From a virus (lineage: Duplodnaviria; Caudoviricetes), in the IMG/VR virus record IMGVR_UViG_3300046779_001840, positions 1 through 38,098 of that record: a DNA stretch of 38,098 nucleotides; one strand, given 5' to 3'. Shown one piece after another: positions 9,636-18,611 of the stretch (the first letter of the stretch is position 1; each line of letters starts with the position of its first letter). The position numbers and the translations under genes were made by a program. Under the pieces are notes generated by a model. It searched no databases, had not been told where the DNA came from, and saw nothing but the letters and a program-made list of their open reading frames with translations.

Positions 9636-10040
9636 TTAAATTCTTGAAGGACCTGTGCGCTTGGGAACAGGTTTTCCGACTGGTTGATTTTTTGCCACAG
9701 AGTCAGCCAGGCTACCACGTAATTTTGGCTGTGCTTCGGCTTCGTTACTAGCCGGCTGTTCAGCAACTTCAGTTACAGGTTCGACCCAATCATCGGTCAT
9801 GTCTTTGACAACTTCTCTGCGTCGTGGCTGCGGAGGCTCGTCGATGGCCAACGGGGTGTTTAGTTTATAATGATCGCTCATGACCTTGTCCCTTGTAAGT
9901 TCCACTTTACCACCAGGACCCAATTGATCACCACGTGCATTTACTTTCATATTACCCACAGCAATGGTACTTTCATTTTGTGCAATGATTGCATCAATAT
10001 TGACACGTTTACCATTTGCAGTAGTATATACTCTTTTCAT
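9636..10040 (-). CDS. Hypothetical phage protein
   Basis: AAGGAG RBS before ATG 10040; AVGNMKVNARGD segment; upstream TAAATA. Confidence 0.72.
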   Translation of the reverse strand: MKRVYTTANGKRVNIDAIIAQNESTIAVGNMKVNARGDQLGPGGKVELTRDKVMSDHYKLNTPLAIDEPPQPRRREVVKDMTDDWVEPVTEVAEQPASNEAEAQPKLRGSLADSVAKNQPVGKPVPKRTGPSRI

Positions 10041-10062
10041 TGAATTCTCCTTATTGCGATAT

Positions 10063-10581
10063 TTATCGCAAAAACTCGTGTACATCTAAATCATAATACA
10101 TGCTGTTAATTCTATGTACTCCTATTAAGTAAAGCACATAACTAGCAACACTGGATCCGCGTCCAACTCCCCAAACGACGTTATTTTTACGCCAAGTATC
10201 CACAATGTATTTTAACTGCTTCAGCAGATCAAACAAGTTGCGTTCTTGATACAGTATCAGTTCTTCACCAACTCTTTGCAGTTCCTCTTGAGTGCTGCAT
10301 TTGTCTAATAGCCATTGTGCGATATCTAAATTTTGATATTCTTCGGGCATGTGCCAAAGACTCTGTTGAGTTCTATGAAATACATCAACATCGTAATCAG
10401 GCGGCAGTGGATGATATTCACTAACCATTTCAAATTCGGCATGAGTACTGCGAACTGCGCTGTTGTATTGATCCCAATCTTCTAACTGGAATTTGCTGAT
10501 ATCAACGTCGGGCTGCTGATACAGTATTTCGCACAGTTCACTGCCGGTGGTATATGCTTGACCAAACTTGTCGTACTTCAT
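10063..10581 (-). CDS. DNA polymerase III alpha (DnaE)-like fragment
   Basis: RVGEEL..WGVGRGSSVASYVLYLIGVHRINSMYYDLDVHEFLR matches the DnaE G-GRGS..S-V-Y-L-I..FERFL segment; ends before the catalytic DxD. Confidence 0.82.
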   Translation of the reverse strand: MKYDKFGQAYTTGSELCEILYQQPDVDISKFQLEDWDQYNSAVRSTHAEFEMVSEYHPLPPDYDVDVFHRTQQSLWHMPEEYQNLDIAQWLLDKCSTQEELQRVGEELILYQERNLFDLLKQLKYIVDTWRKNNVVWGVGRGSSVASYVLYLIGVHRINSMYYDLDVHEFLR

Positions 10582-10820
10582 TTTTTAATATCGATTAAAC
10601 CCTTGAACTTGTCGCTTCTTGATTCCATTTCGTCCATTAGTTTTCTATTTCGATTATCCATCTCGGTGCGATAATCTTCTAGTACCATTTGCATTTGTGG
10701 TATAATACTAACGGGCCCAAATCTATACGCTTGGTTCATTTTGGTCGTTAATTCATTGTACTTTTTGTGTAGATCTTCTGTTGACAACTCAGACAAGTTT
10801 GTCATTAATGGATGACCCAT
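10578..10820 (-). CDS. Hypothetical helical protein
   Basis: GGAGG RBS; coupled to the DnaE-like gene. Confidence 0.72.
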   Translation of the reverse strand: MGHPLMTNLSELSTEDLHKKYNELTTKMNQAYRFGPVSIIPQMQMVLEDYRTEMDNRNRKLMDEMESRSDKFKGLIDIKK

Positions 10821-10831
10821 TGTAACCCTCC

Positions 10832-11263
10832 TTAAAGATCCCCGGCCTTTCTGTTTTCTGAATAGTACGGATCAAATTCGCCCCCGGGGTAGCGAGATTT
10901 AAGTTTATTTACATTCTCTGCAACAACATCATTAGGATCTAGATTTAATGCACGACAAGCATTGATCCAATACCACATAACGTCTCCAAGTTCACGCTTC
11001 ATATGGAACACATTTTCTTCTGTGAGTGGTTTGCCTTGGAAAAACATTTTTTTAGGAATTTCACAGAATTCGCCTGTTTCAGCAGCAAGTCCCAGTGCCG
11101 CGGTCAATAACAATGGAACATTGATGTCTGGACCGTGTGTGTCTGTTGTAGAATCAAAATTTGCATCTAGTTCGTCACACCGATTGAAAAAAGTGGTTAA
11201 ATCGTTTGAGGGTTTGGATGTTACTGCTTCGACAAAATCTTTATATTTGTTTAAATCAATCAT
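10832..11263 (-). CDS. mazG: MazG-like NTP pyrophosphohydrolase
   Basis: GLAAETGEFCE, RELGDVMWY, NVNKLKSRYP. Confidence 0.88.
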   Translation of the reverse strand: MIDLNKYKDFVEAVTSKPSNDLTTFFNRCDELDANFDSTTDTHGPDINVPLLLTAALGLAAETGEFCEIPKKMFFQGKPLTEENVFHMKRELGDVMWYWINACRALNLDPNDVVAENVNKLKSRYPGGEFDPYYSENRKAGDL

Positions 11264-11264
11264 T

Positions 11265-11310
11265 AAAAACTCCTAGTTTGCACAATTATATACTATGCAA
11301 CACTAGGAGT
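11265..11310 (-). terminator. Hairpin plus T-tract: terminator and/or RBS-sequestering stem after the structural genes
   Basis: ACTCCTAGT(G)TTGCA...TGCAAACTAGGAGT followed by a T-run on the minus strand. Confidence 0.6.
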
Positions 11311-11313
11311 CAA
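11285..11313 (-). promoter_or_regulatory. Sigma70-type promoter for mazG, nested in an inverted repeat
   Basis: TTGACT-17 nt-TATAAT. Confidence 0.8.
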
Positions 11314-11330
11314 TACAACGATTACCTAAA

Positions 11331-12404
11331 TTAAACTGATAACCAATCAGAATTGGCTGTGCTATAAATCAATTTGACACTAACATTACCAGATGAAGCA
11401 ATGCTGTTTGCTACCCATTTAACTTTGGCTGAATTGCCAGCGCCACCTTTGTTAACAAACACGCTGGTAACTGGTGCTAGGAAACTTAACACAATTTCCC
11501 TACCATCTTCGGCAGCGGTTGGCATGGTCACATACGCATTGGAAATGGTAGCTGAACTTGCAGTATCAAAAAACAGTGTTTGATAAGCAATATTTGCTGC
11601 ATAGTCTTGATTGTTTATCAGGGTAACGTAAGCATAATTTTTATTAATGGTTCCGCTGTTTGTAACAAGGTTACCACCAAGATTGATATTGCCAGCTATG
11701 CCTGCACCACCCTTGGCCACAAAAGAACCAGTTGTGGTTGATATAGAAGTAGTGGTACTGTTGGCAACCAAGTTGCCGCCTGACACAGTCAATCCGCTGA
11801 AATTGTATGCACGATTACGAGTCAAGTCTCGAATAGCAATAGTTGTACCATAGTCAACTGTGCTAAATTCAAAGAAGTAATCAGTTGCATTGGCCAATTC
11901 AATTGAGCTAAAAGTGATAGTGTTACTGCTCATACCTGCAATAGTATCTTTGTCGCCCAGTGTTGTGGCACTAGGTACAGTTAAAGTATATGACGGGTTG
12001 GCTACACTGACCCATAATGTAATTTTGGCATTTTGATTGGCAGCATTACTTGGGAAGTTAAATGATAAAGTAGTGGTACCTGCTAGTGTAATTTTTTGGA
12101 AATTGCCGTTGGCAAAATCAACAGTGATTGCTCCACTAACTGCACCAATGTTGTTGTATGTTTCTCTCCAGCTGGTAAAACTGGCACCAACAATGGCATT
12201 ACCTGCTAGGTCGTTACTTAGTGTTGTGTTGGTAAGAGCAGATTTAAAAACAGCCTTGTTTTGGATGTCTTCAAGTTCGGCTTTTACATAGGTAAAATTG
12301 TTGCGAATGTTGGTAAAATTATCACGGAAACCTTGGCTGTCGTTGTCTTGGCCTGCTACCGGATACGTACCGTCAATATTATTTGGATTAACTTGGCTTG
12401 TCAT
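11331..12404 (-). CDS. Virion structural protein (baseplate/tail-associated)
   Basis: N-terminal YPVAGQDNDSQGFRDNF; T/S/N-rich beta-strand composition; lies in the structural cluster. Confidence 0.72.
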   Translation of the reverse strand: MTSQVNPNNIDGTYPVAGQDNDSQGFRDNFTNIRNNFTYVKAELEDIQNKAVFKSALTNTTLSNDLAGNAIVGASFTSWRETYNNIGAVSGAITVDFANGNFQKITLAGTTTLSFNFPSNAANQNAKITLWVSVANPSYTLTVPSATTLGDKDTIAGMSSNTITFSSIELANATDYFFEFSTVDYGTTIAIRDLTRNRAYNFSGLTVSGGNLVANSTTTSISTTTGSFVAKGGAGIAGNINLGGNLVTNSGTINKNYAYVTLINNQDYAANIAYQTLFFDTASSATISNAYVTMPTAAEDGREIVLSFLAPVTSVFVNKGGAGNSAKVKWVANSIASSGNVSVKLIYSTANSDWLSV

Positions 12405-15400
12405 TTATACGAATACTCCATTTTGTGGGAACTTGATATATTTATCCTCAGATTCTGGAATAATATATTTGTCTCTGTTGTTGCTGAATGCTGTACCACC
12501 ACGTACACCGCCTTTGCCTGGATCACCTTCACGACATTGACAGCTACCCCCATCAAATGTAGTTTCTTCACTGGCCAAAGAACCCGTAAATACGCGGTAT
12601 CTTGGAACAGACTCACCAGGGTTTGTTCTATACTGTAACGTGGTTGCAGGGTATGTTTTACCAGTACGTACTTTTACAGTTTGAGTTAAATTGACTTCGT
12701 ACTTGAATTCTAAGGTGATTTCTGAATCATCGCCTTGATCAAAACGCGAATATGCAAAACCTGGACTAGCTTCGTCAAATCCTACTGCTGGGCTATCAAA
12801 GCCCAACGGCACCAACGGTTCCATGTTCATTGCCCAAGCGCCGCCACGTTGATTGAATTTGCTTAGTCCGGATAACTTGTCTAAATAACCAGGTACAGTA
12901 GTTACACCGTCAGTTAGTACCCAACCGTCATTGTAATACTCATCGCCAAAGTTTGCTTGATTTGCAAAAATAATTAATTCGTTTTCGACAAATGTAGTGA
13001 CTCCGTCAATTAGGCCTAGTCGCTGACAGTTGCCCACGGTATTGCCATTGATCTGACTAAACGGCCCTTGTGCTGCGTAGTCAACTCGGGCAGTACCGTC
13101 AAATTTTAATACTGCGCCTGTTTGTGCAGTAATATTTGACGATAGTACCATGTTCAATGCTCTAAGTCCATCTACGGATGTAAGCTCAACTGATCTAACT
13201 AATACATTGCCTTCGACTGATGACAATGTATCGATACCAGTACAAATCCATCCGTAGCCAATTTTTAAATTGTCTGTGATGGTGACTGCATTGCTATCAG
13301 TAACTGGATAAATTACACTACCAACAATAACATCACTGCCAGCACCTAGATTAGGATATTTGTCAAATGTTGTGTCTCGACTTGGTAAGAATCTATTAGA
13401 TTCCACGTCGTAGAACTTGGACAAGTAGTTGTCCCATTGGTATCTATCTACTACAAAGTCAATCGAATTTAATTTAAATCCACTGTTCTTTAATCTATAG
13501 GCCACAAGTTTTGACGCACCAGGTTTGGTATAGGCCAGTACTACAGCTCTAGTCAAGCCTAGCACATATCCATCTTCTTGCACACTGGTCATCCAACGTG
13601 GCAAAGCACCTCTGTTGGTGTAACCCAATCCTTGTTCGACTCTGTTTTGCATGTTGTTGAAACTGTTTGGATATATTGTGTCGTACTCGGCTGAACTGTA
13701 TTTGAATTTATTTTGATTGTTTAACGTAACGCTCAATGGAGGACCGGCAGTATCAAATTGTTGATTGTCAATGACATCGGCATAGACTACTTCATAATCG
13801 ACTGTACCGTCAGTGTTAACAGCTCGCGCAGTTCTAATGTTACCAAAGTTCAATGATTTTGTGTAATGATTTAGTGCAATAGAATCAATTACTGTACTGG
13901 CTTTTGATGCACTTAGTCCAGGCAAGAATAAAAATTTCAAATTCTTTTGTAGACCAAAGAAAGCATCATCGGGTCTGTATAATAATTCTTGCGGAATAAT
14001 ATTTGTATCTTCCAGTATGTTCTTTAATGCCAGTCGTTGTTCTTGCTTGGGCAACGCTTTTAGATATAAGTTTTCAAATGGTGCTAGGTTACGTGGTCGC
14101 ACATGAACCACAAAGTTCTTCACTGATGAAATAGATCCGTCAATTGCTTCGGCTTTGACACTGAAACGAGAGTCTTGGTCAAATGTAGTTCCACCGTTAT
14201 CAATTACTGTTGATATAGCATTGGCAATTGTGTTTATAACAATAGTTGATGTGTCGTTGCTAAAAGTCAATGCCGCACCTTGTGCAACGTAAATTGCTGG
14301 TCGTACTTCAATGACATTGTCTTCTAGTATGTCTGTTACTTCACATCCTGATGCAACACCAACACCTTGGATGCTCATTCCTACTTCGACTCCTTCAGTT
14401 GTCGAAAGAGGCAAAAATCCTCTGGCACCGTCAAGACTAAAATATCGGAAAGTCACTTTACCAACAAAGTTACCCGAACGTAACATTTTCAAACCCTGTG
14501 GTACTCGACGATAGGGTTCGTAGATCAAACTGTATTCAAGTTCTTTGCCAACTGTATTTGTTGCACTAATAGTAAGTTCACTGGTAGATCCATTATCAAT
14601 AGATCCTAAATTGTATGGAGTATTCCAAATAATTTCTTCATTGCGTGTTCGTTTAACAGTTAGTTTGAATGTAACTGGATCACTCAAATAGTCAACTGCA
14701 AGAGTTCTAAATGCACGAACAGACAACTCATATGTTTTTGTATCTTCGGTCTGTTCTGGCAATTTACCAAATAACCATCCAGTGTCTTGACTGATAACCA
14801 AACCAGATGGCAAGCCAGCTGCACCTTGGTCAAATCTAATGGTATCAAAACCAGTTACACTGCTGATAAACTGAACTTCTACAACATCAGTGGCATTTGG
14901 AGCTCGTGTGGCCACAGTTCCTGTACTGTCAGTAGCATCGGTAGCGTCTTGTTCATATTTAAAAACATAATCTGACACAACCTCGGTAATTGTAAAACGT
15001 CCATTCATGTTGCTGGTTGTTACACCGTATATGTCAACAGTGTCGCCTACAGTGTATGCATGAATTGAAGATAAGGTCACAACTACTTCACCACTAGTTC
15101 TTGCAATTGTTGATATTGCGTAATTAGTAAATGTCAGCTGATTTAATACTGTGGTATAATCATCAGTTGCAGTTAGTAGTACATCATTGACTCTCACGCA
15201 AATTTCTGTAGGTCCTGCAGGATTGTCTAGTGTATAAGGACCAGCAGTACCAATACCAGTTACTATTTGTGTAACTGCGGCATCTAGGTCGTCCATACCA
15301 CTGAACTTTAGTTCATCAACACGCCACGACACATCCTCATCTTCAGGATCGTATGCTAAAAATTTATATGCAAACGTGTCACCAACTACACGAATTGGCA

Positions 15401-16154
15401 ATGAATCAGGAGCATTTAAAATAATTGGACGATAACGATTGTCTTGGTCAATGGTCAGGAATGTGTTGTTGACAATGGTAATGTCATTGTCGCCGGTAAA
15501 GTTTCCTTTACTTACAACCAACACGCGAACGTTTAATGTGTCGTATTTGACACCGTCTGTAACTTGTACAGTAAAGTTGTAGTTTCTATCTGTGCTTTCG
15601 GGCAATACGTCAAATAATACTGATTCTATACCAGTTGCTTCGAAGCCCAGCGAATCAGTGTTGGATGCAACAATGTCAAGATATCCAGACAGCTTACCAT
15701 CTGTAGTTAATGTAGTGCCTGGAGGAATATTACCGCTAATTACTGTCCATGTTTGTTCGGCCGAAGGATTATCATTGATTGATCCAAATTGATAATCAAG
15801 ATATTCACCATCAAAAAATGCTCCTACTAGATTTGGTCGTGGATAAATTTGAGGACCGGCTACATTGCTGACACTGATGAAAAAAGATCTATCTGCGACT
15901 CGACCCTGTGGATTTGTAGCTCTAATAGTAAACGAATACAAGGCTGTTTGTCCAACAGCACTTAGTATAGTTGGAACGCCGCGCAATTCGCCTGTACGGG
16001 TAATATACATACCGCCAGGTAAGTCACCACTTATGTAACTGTAAATCAATGGTTGAGAATCACTATCCGTTGCTTCAAATTGAATAGAGAAGAATTGCGA
16101 CTCAGGTACTGTGCCTAAATCGCCTTTTGGTGTAACCCATGTAATAGTACTCAT
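12405..16154 (-). CDS. Large virion protein with repeated Ig-like domains (baseplate-wedge-like)
   Basis: Repeated SG.LP.G...G.L.G.P Ig-like units and recurrent TTFD/GFD motifs; 1249 aa. Confidence 0.75.
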   Translation of the reverse strand: MSTITWVTPKGDLGTVPESQFFSIQFEATDSDSQPLIYSYISGDLPGGMYITRTGELRGVPTILSAVGQTALYSFTIRATNPQGRVADRSFFISVSNVAGPQIYPRPNLVGAFFDGEYLDYQFGSINDNPSAEQTWTVISGNIPPGTTLTTDGKLSGYLDIVASNTDSLGFEATGIESVLFDVLPESTDRNYNFTVQVTDGVKYDTLNVRVLVVSKGNFTGDNDITIVNNTFLTIDQDNRYRPIILNAPDSLPIRVVGDTFAYKFLAYDPEDEDVSWRVDELKFSGMDDLDAAVTQIVTGIGTAGPYTLDNPAGPTEICVRVNDVLLTATDDYTTVLNQLTFTNYAISTIARTSGEVVVTLSSIHAYTVGDTVDIYGVTTSNMNGRFTITEVVSDYVFKYEQDATDATDSTGTVATRAPNATDVVEVQFISSVTGFDTIRFDQGAAGLPSGLVISQDTGWLFGKLPEQTEDTKTYELSVRAFRTLAVDYLSDPVTFKLTVKRTRNEEIIWNTPYNLGSIDNGSTSELTISATNTVGKELEYSLIYEPYRRVPQGLKMLRSGNFVGKVTFRYFSLDGARGFLPLSTTEGVEVGMSIQGVGVASGCEVTDILEDNVIEVRPAIYVAQGAALTFSNDTSTIVINTIANAISTVIDNGGTTFDQDSRFSVKAEAIDGSISSVKNFVVHVRPRNLAPFENLYLKALPKQEQRLALKNILEDTNIIPQELLYRPDDAFFGLQKNLKFLFLPGLSASKASTVIDSIALNHYTKSLNFGNIRTARAVNTDGTVDYEVVYADVIDNQQFDTAGPPLSVTLNNQNKFKYSSAEYDTIYPNSFNNMQNRVEQGLGYTNRGALPRWMTSVQEDGYVLGLTRAVVLAYTKPGASKLVAYRLKNSGFKLNSIDFVVDRYQWDNYLSKFYDVESNRFLPSRDTTFDKYPNLGAGSDVIVGSVIYPVTDSNAVTITDNLKIGYGWICTGIDTLSSVEGNVLVRSVELTSVDGLRALNMVLSSNITAQTGAVLKFDGTARVDYAAQGPFSQINGNTVGNCQRLGLIDGVTTFVENELIIFANQANFGDEYYNDGWVLTDGVTTVPGYLDKLSGLSKFNQRGGAWAMNMEPLVPLGFDSPAVGFDEASPGFAYSRFDQGDDSEITLEFKYEVNLTQTVKVRTGKTYPATTLQYRTNPGESVPRYRVFTGSLASEETTFDGGSCQCREGDPGKGGVRGGTAFSNNRDKYIIPESEDKYIKFPQNGVFV

Positions 16155-18580
16155 TATGTTTTAATAATAAATTGTATACCCATAAATGGGGGCATGTTGG
16201 CATCTGTTCCTGAAGTACCAGTACTACTCATTGTAATGCCAGTCGTTTGTGTTCCAGTATTTTGTGATCCTGAATAATTTGCATCATTGGCATTGGCAAA
16301 TTCACTGGTTGCATCAATACTTCCATCACTACCTAATCGTTTAGCAACGTCACGACCATCTGCATTCATTGCATGTAAGTGACCTGGGTCAGTCAATGTG
16401 TGACTGTGTGCTACTACAATAGCGTCTTTGCTACCACCGGTTCCAGCAACAGCATACAAACCACCAGCACCCACTGGCATTCTGTTAGTGTAATTTGGTA
16501 AATTAAATGTACTTGATCCGTTACCTAGACCAAATGTGGTACCAATCACAGAAAACAGTGTTGCATACGTAGTACGAGAAACTTCAGCACCATTACACAA
16601 TAACCAACCTGTTGGCGCAGTTCCTGTAGCCCACATCATTAACGCACCACTTGGAGTGCCGTTATTGACCACAAACTCTGTGGTTGCAATCATGGTGTTT
16701 GCAGTTTGGTTAGGTGCAGTCAGTGCAGTAACAACTCCGGTGAATGCACCAGATTCTGATACAATATTAGCAGTAGTAACATTTGCAGATTCGACAAACA
16801 ACGAGTTGGTTACATTTGCCCAGATAGTTTCATATCTACGCAGGTGCGATCCCACGCTGTATCGAACGTTTGCAGTCGGTAACAAGTGTGAACCAACGTG
16901 TGTGTTACCAGTTATTGGTGAACCAAACAAGTTTCCTAAGAAACCGCGTGATGCTTCGAAACCGCCAACAATATTGCCTGATGCAAAAATATTTGACAAA
17001 GTAACTAGGTTACCTGTTGCACTTATGTTGCCTGTGGCAACAACAGCATTTCCAGCCGAGCCCCCAATGTATAAATTACCTTGGGTAATACTCATGCCGC
17101 CGTTGGTTACACGTACAGCACCAGATATGGTTGATATTGCCGGTAAAGCATTACCAAATATAGTTTGACCACTTCTACCAATTTCGATAGTTGTTGCAGT
17201 TTCGTTAAACACATAGGCTGTTGATGTTGATGCAATCAAACCAGCTGTGTCATTGATGTTGTCTATGTATACGTTACCACCAACATGAACAGTACCACCA
17301 ACTCCTAGTCCACCAAACCCAGTTATAACAACTGCACCTGTGGTTTTGTCTGTGCTGTCTGTTCCGCTGGTTGCTAATACATTAGAACCAAAGTTTGTTA
17401 CAGCATTGAACGAAGTTGCACCATTAATCTGGCTAGCAGTCAAATTAAAGAAATGCCCTTGTACCCATCTGCTGCCCGGAGTTCCTAACCAATGCTGATT
17501 ATCGACTGTGGGTACAATGTTTGCTTGAGTACTTTGACCATTAACAATCAATCCTGTCAACGATCCTAGACTGGTAATAAATGGTTGATGGCTAGTAATA
17601 ACATTACCGATGATGTTCGATCTAATATTACCACCAGTTACAGTATGTAGGTTGCTTACAAATACGTTACCATTGGCACTGAATCCACCTGCTACTCTGA
17701 CTGCACCGGTACCAAGACCGGTACTTGCAGTGGTGTCTGCAAAAACTGTGGCTAGGCCAACAGTACCACCATTAAATGCCTGTGCTGCGGTTTGCACTGG
17801 ACTGCCGTTGATATAAATTGTATCAGAGCCAGCAAAATTCAAATGCCCCACGTGATAGCCACGCACAGTAATATTTCCAATATTGGCATTTTTGCCTACA
17901 AACACATTGCTGGCCACATACAAGTTTCCTTGTATACCGGTGCCACCAAATACTTGTAATGCACCGGTCACGTTGCTGGTCGAACTGGTAGTGTTGCTGA
18001 TAGTTAAACTACCAACCTGCATGTTACCAAAATAACCAGCAGTAATAACGTTGGCTGTGTCTGTTATGTCATCCAAGTAAACCAAACTGCGACTGCTGTT
18101 CTGCCAACCCAAGAATGCTTTTTTCTCTGCTGCTCCGTCGTAATACTGCCATTCGGTTCCAATGTCTTTACCGTCGTTGATCACTAGCGGACTAGCTGAA
18201 TAATGTAATGCCAGAATTGGACTACCTGACTGCTGGCTTTGGCTCGCAGCTTGACTTCCGGTAACTGACAAGTTACCAATAATGTTAACATTACCAAAAA
18301 TATAAGCGCCGCCTTGGCTTACATACAAATTACCGTTACTGGTAAGAGTATTACCTATTAGACTATCGGCAGACACATAAGTGTTAGCTAATATGTAGGA
18401 ATTTGAAACAAAAGTGTCGCTTTGAACGCTTAATGCACTGATGATTGTTTGTCTTGTACCTGCATATAGACCATCGTTAACAATTTGAAAATTATCATTA
18501 ACGGTGTCAAACGCTGTTCTAAGCGGACTACCAGTTCCATCGTTGGCTTCAACACCGATATTAATTATTGTATATGACAT
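16154..18580 (-). CDS. Tail fibre protein with tail-collar domain
   Basis: N-terminal ANDGTGSPLRTAF; TGAL.V.GG repeats; C-terminal PTGWLLCNG..SRTTYATLF..FNLP collar. Confidence 0.88.
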   Translation of the reverse strand: MSYTIINIGVEANDGTGSPLRTAFDTVNDNFQIVNDGLYAGTRQTIISALSVQSDTFVSNSYILANTYVSADSLIGNTLTSNGNLYVSQGGAYIFGNVNIIGNLSVTGSQAASQSQQSGSPILALHYSASPLVINDGKDIGTEWQYYDGAAEKKAFLGWQNSSRSLVYLDDITDTANVITAGYFGNMQVGSLTISNTTSSTSNVTGALQVFGGTGIQGNLYVASNVFVGKNANIGNITVRGYHVGHLNFAGSDTIYINGSPVQTAAQAFNGGTVGLATVFADTTASTGLGTGAVRVAGGFSANGNVFVSNLHTVTGGNIRSNIIGNVITSHQPFITSLGSLTGLIVNGQSTQANIVPTVDNQHWLGTPGSRWVQGHFFNLTASQINGATSFNAVTNFGSNVLATSGTDSTDKTTGAVVITGFGGLGVGGTVHVGGNVYIDNINDTAGLIASTSTAYVFNETATTIEIGRSGQTIFGNALPAISTISGAVRVTNGGMSITQGNLYIGGSAGNAVVATGNISATGNLVTLSNIFASGNIVGGFEASRGFLGNLFGSPITGNTHVGSHLLPTANVRYSVGSHLRRYETIWANVTNSLFVESANVTTANIVSESGAFTGVVTALTAPNQTANTMIATTEFVVNNGTPSGALMMWATGTAPTGWLLCNGAEVSRTTYATLFSVIGTTFGLGNGSSTFNLPNYTNRMPVGAGGLYAVAGTGGSKDAIVVAHSHTLTDPGHLHAMNADGRDVAKRLGSDGSIDATSEFANANDANYSGSQNTGTQTTGITMSSTGTSGTDANMPPFMGIQFIIKT

Positions 18581-18611
18581 CTTTTATCCATTTTACATAT
18601 TTACTCAATTT

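Noticed and set aside
10063-10581. Split-intein DnaE as in cyanobacteria
   Set aside because: No intein N-terminal block (CL...) follows the polymerase segment
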